64,000 bases of DNA, from the NCBI GenBank assembly GCA_963792065.1, contig CAWBUU010000001.1, forward strand, positions 1,628,039-1,692,038, written 5' to 3'. This stretch comes from Terriglobia bacterium. GTDB lineage: Bacteria > Acidobacteriota > Terriglobia > Bryobacterales > Bryobacteraceae. This document shows positions 55,030 to 63,023 of this stretch, piece after piece; position 1 is the stretch's first letter, and each line of letters begins with the position of its first letter. Under the pieces are notes generated by a model. The model searched no databases, was not told the DNA's origin, and saw nothing but the letters and a program-made list of their open reading frames with translations. A program made the translations under genes and the position numbers.

Positions 55030-56319
55030 AACCGTTGGAACGCGGCCCGCTACGATGGCAGCGGCAACCTGTATGGCGTGACCGCGAGTCCGAACTCGTT
55101 CCAGGTCGGCTATGACGCCGAGAACCGCCAGACCTCGACGACCTCGACGATCGGGAGCACGACCACGACCGTGAACTACAGCTATGATGGAGACGGACGG
55201 CGGGTAAAGAAGGCTGTGACGGGCGGAGCGACAACGTACTATGTCTACGACGCGCAGGGCAACCTGGCGGCCGAATACTCGCCGTCGAATCCCGACAGCG
55301 GGACGCAGTACCTGACGGCGGATCATTTGGGCAGCACGCGGCTGATCACGACCGGCACGACCACACCGAGCGTCTTCGCCCGCTTGGACAATCTACCATT
55401 CGGCCAGGAGATCCCGACGACCTGGTCCCGGAGCAACTACACGACCGCTCCGAACGAAACGATCAAATTTACAGGCAAAGAACGGGACGCCGAGACCGGA
55501 CTGGACTTTTTCGAGGCGCGGTACTTCAGTGGAGCGCAGGGCAGATTCACTAGCCCCGACGAACCGTTCGCCGACCAATTGGAGAGTGATCCACAGAGCT
55601 GGAACCTCTACAGCTACGTCCGCAATAACCCGTTGCGGTTCATCGACCCCAGTGGGCGAGATTGCGTGTACCTTAACGAAAGTTCAACGGCAATCAGCAG
55701 CATCGACAACCAGACCAACGCGGGGCACTGTGGAAATAATGGCGGATACTGGGTCAACGGAACCGTAACAGGCGCTCAGATTGGCGCCAATGGAGTGAGC
55801 CTAACGGGCACAACAAACGGGACAGACGTAACAACCGCGTCTTATGCTTTCCCCCCAGATCCAGGTATCCAAGCATTGCAGCGCGGGGCTCTGACGGCTG
55901 AGCCAGGTGTGACGGCCGCTTTCATCGGAACCGGGGCTGTGATGGCTATTCTCGGCGGGGGCGCGCTTTATGGGGCGTACGTCGGAGGTGAGGGGGTCTC
56001 TGCTTTAGGTCTCGATTTACTTCCTTCCCAAGCTCGGAACATTCAGAGCATTGACAATGCAATCGCCAATCACGTCACATTCCGTGATCTGGCAGGTGGT
56101 GCTAAAGAAGCTGCCGGATTTGAAACCAAAGTGGGCGGCACATCTTATGACCACATTCAGGAGCTAAAAGAGGCACGCACCGTTTTGCAGAAGGCCGCAC
56201 AGAGATTGGAGAACAGTCTCAATGACCCCTCACACGGCTCGGTAACTCGACAGGTCGTTCAGCAGGCGATCCAGAAGGCTCAGACTGCAATCCGTCAGAT
56301 TGATGCGGCGCTGAAATAG
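55030..56319 (+). CDS. 5'-truncated RHS-repeat protein tip: terminal YD repeats plus the RHS core ending at DPSGR, followed by a C-terminal polymorphic toxin domain of about 220 aa
   Basis: The frame opens 15 bp after the tRNA (first start is GTG 55078). YDGSGNLYG, YSYDGDGRRV, YVYDAQGNL, ARYFSGAQGRFTSPDEP, NLYSYVRNNPLRFIDPSGRD. Unrelated sequence follows, ending in GGTSYDHIQELKEA.... Confidence 0.75.
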   Translation, partial: NRWNAARYDGSGNLYGVTASPNSFQVGYDAENRQTSTTSTIGSTTTTVNYSYDGDGRRVKKAVTGGATTYYVYDAQGNLAAEYSPSNPDSGTQYLTADHLGSTRLITTGTTTPSVFARLDNLPFGQEIPTTWSRSNYTTAPNETIKFTGKERDAETGLDFFEARYFSGAQGRFTSPDEPFADQLESDPQSWNLYSYVRNNPLRFIDPSGRDCVYLNESSTAISSIDNQTNAGHCGNNGGYWVNGTVTGAQIGANGVSLTGTTNGTDVTTASYAFPPDPGIQALQRGALTAEPGVTAAFIGTGAVMAILGGGALYGAYVGGEGVSALGLDLLPSQARNIQSIDNAIANHVTFRDLAGGAKEAAGFETKVGGTSYDHIQELKEARTVLQKAAQRLENSLNDPSHGSVTRQVVQQAIQKAQTAIRQIDAALK

Positions 56320-56321
56320 TC

Positions 56322-56873
56322 ATGCTGGACAAACGCACCATTCCGAGATGGGAGAAGGTTCGTATAAGCCTTCGCTCAACGGATACCAAAACTGTTCGCG
56401 AAGCGGCGATCGCTGTGGGCAAGTTTGAGGCTGAAAGCATACCAGATGACGTTGGGGATTCCATCATTGGCCTGTTTCACCATCCCGATCCGGAGGTTCG
56501 AGCAGAGGCGGTTCGCGCAATCGGAATCCACTGGCGCTTAGAACGGGCATTGGATGAGGTTGTCGCACTCCTGGCGCGCGAGACCGATTGGCACGTGCTG
56601 ATTTCGATTATGTATGCTCTTGGGGCACTTGGTCGAGTGCATCCAGATCGCCGCCGTGCTGCCAGCCGGGTTCTTGCGAGTGCGGCTCTCAATGACCGTT
56701 TCGATGATGACGAACGGATGCTTGCCTATCGTCAGCTTTTGTACGTGGAGCGGCGAATCGAGTCTAAGGAGTACCGGCGGCCAGACCCACCCCTGACCGA
56801 GCAACTCGCCAGGTTCGCCGCGGATAGGTCTTGGGTAGAGGATCTCGCGCAACGTGACCTTACGAAACCGTGA
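56322..56873 (+). CDS. HEAT-repeat protein, presumed immunity protein for the RHS toxin
   Basis: Starts 2 bp after the toxin stop. HHPDPEVRAEAVRAIGIH and IMYALGALGRVHPDRR are HEAT/PBS-lyase-type repeats. Lower GC, like the toxin tip. Confidence 0.55.
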   Translation: MLDKRTIPRWEKVRISLRSTDTKTVREAAIAVGKFEAESIPDDVGDSIIGLFHHPDPEVRAEAVRAIGIHWRLERALDEVVALLARETDWHVLISIMYALGALGRVHPDRRRAASRVLASAALNDRFDDDERMLAYRQLLYVERRIESKEYRRPDPPLTEQLARFAADRSWVEDLAQRDLTKP

Positions 56874-56877
56874 GTCC

Positions 56878-57267
56878 TCATCGCCGCACGGACTTCAACA
56901 CAGCATTCTCCAAAAACGTATCGATCGTCTTCAAGAGAACAATCTGCTGAGGCGAGGGTAGCGACTCGATCTGCTCTAGGCGCCGCAGGACCTTGCGGCT
57001 GGGCTTGCGCGCTGACTTTGGCCCGCCTGGCTGCAGCAGTTCGTCAGTGGTGATCTCCAGTGCGGTAGCGAAGCGCAGAATCATGTCGGCGTTCAGCCGC
57101 AGCTTGCCGCGCTCGTAGTCGGAGATGAGCGCCTGAATCAGGCCAGTCTTGGCGGCCAATTCCTTCTGCGTGAAGCCGCGTTCCTTGCGTAGACGCGCCA
57201 GCCGTTCGCCGAGCGATTCGTCGCCGCGCAGAATCGGCGTGGGCTTCAGTCTGGAAGCACGAGGCAT
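56878..57267 (-). CDS. XRE-family helix-turn-helix transcriptional regulator
   Basis: LGERLARLRKERGFTQKELAAKTGLIQALISDYERGK. Divergent from the primase gene. The internal ATG at 57267 is preferred. Confidence 0.75.
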   Translation of the reverse strand: MPRASRLKPTPILRGDESLGERLARLRKERGFTQKELAAKTGLIQALISDYERGKLRLNADMILRFATALEITTDELLQPGGPKSARKPSRKVLRRLEQIESLPSPQQIVLLKTIDTFLENAVLKSVRR

Positions 57268-57312
57268 GGCAACGACAGTGTAGCCGGGAAAATCCACGGT
57301 GACAGCCTTCGA

Positions 57313-57327
57313 ACAGTATGTTACTGT
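57313..57327. promoter_or_regulatory. Palindrome ACAGTA-TGT-TACTGT in the XRE/primase divergent intergenic region (candidate operator)
   Basis: Read directly: acagtatgttactgt at 57313-57327 within an A/T-rich 124 bp spacer. Confidence 0.3.
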
Positions 57328-57391
57328 ATTTTGCATTAGGGTGGTTTACTGACTAAGCCACTTGACAGCTTTTTCGAAGGAGGCTCATTCC

Positions 57392-60147
57392 ATGGCGCGC
57401 ATCCCGGACGACGAGATCGAGCGGCTGAAGCGGGAAATCCCAGTTGAGCGGCTGGTGAAGGCGGCGGCGATCGAGCTGCGCAAGCACGGCGCGGATCTCA
57501 TCGGGCGCTGCCCGTTCCACGAGGACCGCGAGCCGTCGCTGGTGGTGACGCCGGAGAAGAACCTGTGGCACTGCCTGGGCGCGTGCCAGACGGGCGGATC
57601 GGTGATCGACTGGGTCATGAGGACGCGCGGCGTCAGCTTCCGGCACGCGGTCGAGCTGCTGCAGGCCGATCATCCTTCGCTCGCGTCATGCATCGAAAAG
57701 CCGGTGAAGAAAAGCACGGCGGTGAAGCTGGAAGCGCCGATCGAAGCCGACGCCGGCGATCAGCGAAGTCTTGCGCCAGGTGGTGGCCTACTATCACGAG
57801 ACGCTGAAGCAATCGCCCGAGGCGCTGCGGTATCTGGAAGTCGCGCGGCCTCGCGCATCCGGAGATGATCGATCATTTTCAACTGGGCTTCGCCAACCGC
57901 ACGCTGGGCTACCGGCTGCCGGAGAAGAACCGCAAGGCCGGCGCGGAGATGCGCGGGCGCTTGCAGACGCTCGGCATCCTGCGCGAATCCGGGCACGAGC
58001 ACTTCAACGGATCGATCGTGATTCCGATCTTCTCGCTTCGAAGGCGACGTGCTCGGCATGTACGGCCGCAAGATCACGCCCGGATCTGCGCGAGGGCACG
58101 CCGCTGCATCTGTATCTGCCGGGACCGCACCGCGGCGTGTGGAACGAGCAGGCGCTTGCAGGCATCGAACGAAATCATCCTGTGCGAATCGCTGATCGAC
58201 GCGCTGACGTTCTGGTGCGCCGGTTTCCGCAACGTGACCGCCAGCTACGGCGTGGGCGGATTCACCGACGACCACCAAGCTGCGTTCCAAAAACACGGCA
58301 CGCGCAACGTGTGGATCGCCTACGACCGCGACGAAGCCGGCGACGCCGCGGCCGACGCGGCTGAAAGAAGAGCTGGAACAGATGGGCATCGGCTCGCACC
58401 GCGTGCTGTTTCCGCATGGCATGGACGCGAACGAATACGCGCTCGAAGGTGACGCCGGCCGCGCAAAGCCTGGCCGTGCTGCTGAACAGCGCCGAGTGGC
58501 TCGCCAAGCCGGAGGCTCCGCCGCCACGCAACAAGATCCCGAGCCTCCGGTGGAAGTAAAGAACGACGAGATCGCGATCGAGCAGGACGGCCGGCGCTAC
58601 CGCATCCGCGGCCTCGCGAAGAACCTCAGCCACGAGCTGCTGCAAAGTGAACGTGCTGGTTTCGCTCCGGCGACGCCTTCCACGTCGACACGCTCGATCT
58701 GTACTCGGCGCGCCAGCGCGCCGCCTTCACCAAGCAGGCCGCCGAGGAGCTGACGTCAAGGAAGAAACGCTCAAGCGCGATCTGGGCCGCGTGCTGCTGA
58801 AGCTCGAAGACGCTGCAGGACGAGCAGATCCGCAAAGCGCTCGATCCGGAGAAACCCGAAGTGCGAAATGAGCGACGACGACCGCGCGGCGGCGCTCGAT
58901 CTGTTAAAAGAGCCGAAGCTGCTCGATCGCATCCTGGCCGACTTCGAGCGCTGCGGCATCGTGGGCGAAGAGACCAACAAGCTGGTCGGCGTACCTGGCC
59001 GCGGTCTCGCGGCATCTGGACTCGCCGCTGGCCGTGCGTGGTGCAATCGAGCTCGGCCGCCGGCAAATCCTCGCTCATGGACGCGGTGCTGGCCTTCGTG
59101 CCGGAAGAAGAGCGCATGCAGTACTCGGCCATGACCGGCCAATCGCTGTACTACATGGGCGAGATGGATCTCAAGCACAAGGTGCTGGCCATCGTGGAAG
59201 AGGAAGGCGCCGCGCGCGCCTCCTACGCGCTGAAGCTGCTGCAAAGCGAAGGCGCGCTCTCGATCGCGTCGCACCGGCAAGGATCCAGCCACCGGAAAGC
59301 TGGTCACGCACCAATACCGCGTGGAAGGCCCGGTGATGATCTTTCTCACCACCACGGCGATCGATCTCGACGAAGAACTGCTCAACCGCTGCCTGGTGCT
59401 CTCGGTGAACGAGGACCGCGAGCAGACGCAGGCGATCCACAAGCTGCAACGCGAGCAGCAGACGCTCGAAGGCTTGCTGCGCAAACAGGAGCGCCGCGAA
59501 ATCGTCCGCCGTGCACCAGAACGCGCAGCGCTTGCTGAAGCCGCTGTTCGTCGCCAACCCGTGCGCCCCCGAGCTGACCTTTCCCGACAACCGCACGCGC
59601 ATGCGCCGCGATCACATGAAGTACCTGACGCTCATCCGCGCGATCGCGCTGCTGCACCAGCATCAGCGTCCCGTCAAATCGGCGCAGCGGGGTTTCGTAC
59701 GTGGAAGCGACGCGAGAAGACATCGAAATAGCCGACACGGCTGATGCGCGAGTTGCTGCGCGCGCTCGCTCGACGAGCTGCCGCCGCAGACACGCCGCCT
59801 GCTGGAGCTGATCGCTGAAATGGTGAAGGAGCGCGGAGAAGATTTTCGTTTTAGCCGCCGCGACGTGCGCGAGCACACCGGCTGGGGCCATACGCAAGTG
59901 CGGGTGCATCTCGATCGCCTGGCTGAAATGGAATACCTGATCGTGCACCAGGGCGGCCGCGGACAGACCTTCTTATATCGAGTACGACGGCAACCTGGCG
60001 GGGGCTGAAGCGGAGTTGGCGGCCTCAAAGCGGCCCCAAAACGGCGGGGTGGCGGCCACCTGGCGGACTGATGAAACCCGCATGAACACTGCTCCAAACG
60101 GCGTTTTCCATGAAAATTCGGAAAAACGCATAGCTACCGGTGCGTGA
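57392..60147 (+). CDS. Bifunctional DNA primase (CHC2 zinc finger plus TOPRIM) with a C-terminal P-loop NTPase (replicative primase-helicase of a mobile element), frame-disrupted many times
   Basis: [38 protein letters not shown] and AYDRDEAGD (TOPRIM). [15 protein letters not shown] (Walker A). VLAIVEEEG. The tail frame ends in TGA at 60145-60147, overlapping the integrase ATG. Confidence 0.7.
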
Positions 60148-61156
60148 TGTCTCGCATCGTACGTAAGCATAGCGCCGGCCACGCCGCTCGACTCACTGCT
60201 AGAGAAACATCTCGAAGATCTGAAGCTGAAGAATTATTCCGAATACACCATCAAGGGCCGGCGTGTGCACATCGGCTTCTTTCTCGACTGGTGCAGCGAG
60301 CGCGGCATCACCGAGCCGATCGAAGTGACGCGCACGGTGCTTGAAAGCTATCAGCGCCACGTGTTCCACTACCGCAAGAAGAACGGCGAGCCGCTGAGCT
60401 TCACCGGCCAGCACGACCGCCTGGTCCCGCTGCGCGTGTGGTTCAAGTGGATGGCGCGGCATCATCACATCCTGCACAACCCGGCCTCGGAGCTTGAACT
60501 GCCGCGCCTAGGCACGCGCTTACCGAAGGCCGTGCTCACGGCGAATGAAGCCGAGCAGGTGATGCAGCAGACCAACATCCACGACCCGCTGGGACTGCGC
60601 GACCGCGCGATACTCGAAACGCTGTACTCGACCGGCATGCGCCGGCTGGAGCTGGTCAGCCTCACGCTGTGGGATCTGGATCTCGAGCGCGCCACGGTTG
60701 CGATCCGCCAGGGCAAAGGCAAGAAGGACCGCATCATTCCGCTGGGCGATCGCGCGGCGCTGTGGGTTCGCAAGTATCTCGAACGAAGCGCGCCCGCACC
60801 TGGCCAGCGAACCGGACGACAAAATCGTGTTCGTGTCGAACGCCGGCGAGCCGTTCTCGCTCGACTACCTCACTGAAATGGTGCGCGGCTACGTGGACGC
60901 GGCCAACGTCGGCAAGCGCGGCGCCTGCCACTTGTTCCGCCACACCATGGCGACTCTGATGCTCGAAGGCGGCGCCGACATCCGCTTCATCCAAGCCATG
61001 CTGGGCCACGCCGATCTGAAGACGACGCAGATCTACACGCACGTCGCCATCCGCCAGTTGCAGGAGATCCACCGCGCCACGCACCCAGCGAAGCTGGAGC
61101 GCGACAAGCACGAGCTGACCGAGAAACTGGAAGCCGAGGAGCACGAAGACGTATGA
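60147..61156 (+). CDS. Tyrosine recombinase / phage-type integrase (XerC/D-like), with frame breaks near 60170 and 60790
   Basis: YSEYTIKGRRVHIGFFLDWC (SAM-like N-domain), YSTGMRRLELVSL (Arg I), ACHLFRHTMATLMLEGGADIRFIQAMLGHADLKTTQIYTHV (HxxR, H, Y). Confidence 0.85.
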
Positions 61157-61439
61157 TCGAAGATATGGAGCAAGTCCGCATGACCGACGCCGAGGTGACG
61201 AGCAACTTCGCCGCCGTGCTGGAAAAACTCAAGCATGGGGCCGAGGTCGTGGTGGAGCAGGATCACCGCGCGGTGGCTGTCATTGGCCGCCTCACCGGTC
61301 GGGCCGCCCGATCTCGGAATGCATCGCATCGGCCAAAGCCGGCGGATCGAAAGTCACGCTGGACGGCGGGTTCGCAGCCGACGTAGAAGCAGGGATCAGA
61401 GACCGCCAGGAGCCATGGAATCCACCCTCCTGGGATTAG
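61153..61439 (+). CDS. VapB/Phd-like antitoxin, frame break near 61290
   Basis: ATGA overlap with the integrase stop. MTDAEVTSNFAAVLEKLKHGAEVVVEQDHRAVAVIG. After the frame switch: RPISECIASAKAGGSKVTLDGGFAADVEAGIRDRQEPW. Confidence 0.5.
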
Positions 61440-61843
61440 TTCTCGATTCCAGCATCATCATCGAGGCGGAGCGCAACGGACAGACGGTCGAGCAACTTCT
61501 CGAACACGTCCAAGAGAGCGCCGGCGAAGTGGAAGTCGCAATCTGTTCGGTGACGGTGGCGGAACTGGTGCATGGCGTCTATCGGGCGAACACGCGCGAG
61601 ATCCGCGAACGGAGGCGAGCGTTCGTCGACGAGCTGAAACGGAACGTCCCCGTACATCCGGTGACCGACGCAACCGCCGAAATCATTGGCCGGATCAGCG
61701 GCGAGCAGGCGGCCAAGGGCATCAAGATCCCATTCGACGATCTGGCTATCGGAGCCTCGGCTCTCGAACAAGGCTACGCACTGGCCACGCTCAACCTCCG
61801 GCACTTCCGGATGATCCCGGATCTCGAAGTGAAGCAGCTCTGA
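61415..61843 (+). CDS. vapC: PIN-domain toxin VapC
   Basis: MESTLLGLVLDSSIIIEAER, VTVAELVHGVYRA, IPFDDLAIGASALEQGYALATLNLRHF. Confidence 0.75.
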   Translation: MESTLLGLVLDSSIIIEAERNGQTVEQLLEHVQESAGEVEVAICSVTVAELVHGVYRANTREIRERRRAFVDELKRNVPVHPVTDATAEIIGRISGEQAAKGIKIPFDDLAIGASALEQGYALATLNLRHFRMIPDLEVKQL

Positions 61844-61855
61844 GGAAACAAGGTG

Positions 61856-62713
61856 TTCCCCGCGCTCCCGCGCGTCTCGGTCGGCCTCACTCGCATTCGG
61901 CGATGGAAGCGGCGCCGCTCGACAGGCTCGCTCTACCGCGCCGCTCCGCGCTCCCGCGCGAATGACTGGAAGCTCGCTCGCGCTCGCGTTGTGTATCGCC
62001 CCTTCCGTCCCCTTGGCCCCAAGCATCCCGGCTCCGCCGACCTTGTCAGCTGACAAGCAGGGCCGTCACCGCTCCGTTCGGGGCCAGGGGAAACCGCCCC
62101 GCAGCGCCGCCCCCCGCCGCAGGTTCCCCCCTCTGGACTCCCCCCTCCTTGGCGCCCCCTGGGCTGGGTCGCGCCGCAGTGCTTCTACTTGTCAGCAGTG
62201 ATGTACGGCGGCGCTCCTACGCCCTGGCCTAAGGAATCCCCAAAGGGGGGAACCAGCTCCGCTCCGGCCGCGTTGTTCGCGTTCGCTCACTTTGGATGCG
62301 GCCTCCGGCAGGGGAGCGGCGCCTCACCACGGACCCCGGTTCGCCAGAGGTGCGGGGCGTTCCGCGCTCCCGCGCGGTTCGAATGGTGGCTCGCCGCGCT
62401 CGCATTGTGGATCGCCCCCGGCCCCTCACGGGGAGTCGCTGCGGCCGACGCCGCGCTGGCTTGATCACCGCGCAGGCCTGCGCCGGCCTGCTCGCGCAGC
62501 CCGTCTTGGCCTAATCGCGCGGCAAGGTAGAAACAAGAGGCAGCCCCCTTTTCTGCGATCCCATCTTTGGGCGGCGGTCCTCGCCGTCCAGGGTTCGCTC
62601 TCGCCGGGTCTGCCGCCCTGGACTGCTCCGGTCCGCCGCCGCCCGATTCCTTTTACGAGAAAAGGTGGCTGCTGATCGGGGTCAGCTCGCAGCTTCCTGC
62701 GCGCTCCCGTTGG
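61856..62713. repeat. GC-rich, apparently non-coding tract with 3-4 dispersed copies of a hairpin-containing repeat
   Basis: CCGCGC-TCCC-GCGCG(G) at 61860-61874, 61946-61960 and 62362-62377, with a partial copy at 62695-62713. Copies 2 and 3 share about 40 more nt (aatg..tgg..ctcgc.cgcgctcgc.ttgtg.atcgcccc). No convincing ORF. Confidence 0.55.
62042..62057. repeat. Perfect 16 bp palindrome CTTGTCAGCTGACAAG
   Basis: Read directly. The half-site CTTGTCAGC recurs at 62188-62196. Confidence 0.85.
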
Positions 62714-63023
62714 TCGCGACCGCCCAGGCCAAAGCGCGGATCGCTTGACCTGCGCTGCTACAATCGCGGGTGAGAGCAAACCCATGCCAGCGGCTCAGGC
62801 AGCTAAAGAGAAAATGAACACGCCTGTTTTTTCCTTAGCCGCTTCAGCCGCCTGGCCGCACGCAGAGCAAAATTACAAAACGAACCCAACGCCGGCGCCC
62901 GCACCAACCCCGGCCGCATGGCTTCGTTTTTCAAAAAACGGCCTAAGCCGAAACTCGCATCCGGGCCATCAGCTTCCGACAGCGGTTCTTTACCAGTGTG
63001 GTCCGCAAAAATTCGATCCGGCG

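Larger units (their letters stand above)
56878..61843 (+). mobile_element. Candidate integrative element core: XRE repressor, primase-helicase, tyrosine recombinase, VapBC. The boundaries and att sites are not identified.
   Basis: The gene content is typical of integrative/mobilisable elements. Four + strand genes are chained by overlapping stop/start codons (TGATG 60145, ATGA 61153). Lies 1.9 kb from tRNA-Arg. Confidence 0.4.

Noticed and set aside
57362-57390. A TTGACA, 17 nt spacer, TCATTC promoter-like string just before the primase ATG.
   Set aside because: A transcript from it would start at or after the GGAGG ribosome-binding site and the ATG (57392). It is likely coincidental, and the real promoter is probably further upstream in the A/T-rich spacer.
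61853-61880. GTGTTCCCCGCGC... at 61853 resembles the first 13 nt or so of the E. coli type I-E CRISPR repeat (GTGTTCCCCGCGCCAGCGGGGATAAACCG).
   Set aside because: The similarity ends after about 13 nt. The copies are spaced irregularly (86, 416 and about 335 bp) rather than in a repeat-spacer period of about 61 bp. The flanks are also repeated, and there are no cas genes in the window.
62370-62400. GGTTCGAAT at about 62376 looks like a tRNA T-loop, which could be a remnant att copy of tRNA-Arg.
   Set aside because: There is no complementary T-stem (it is followed by GG, not CC). Only 7 nt match the tRNA-Arg 3' region (GGTTCGA), and no acceptor-stem match follows.
60147-62800. An integron interpretation: a tyrosine recombinase followed by TA cassettes and attC-like repeats.
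   Set aside because: The recombinase is co-directional and translationally coupled with the supposed cassettes. It has an ordinary XerC/phage-type layout as far as I can see. The repeats lack the RYYYAAC/GTTRRRY core pairs of attC sites.
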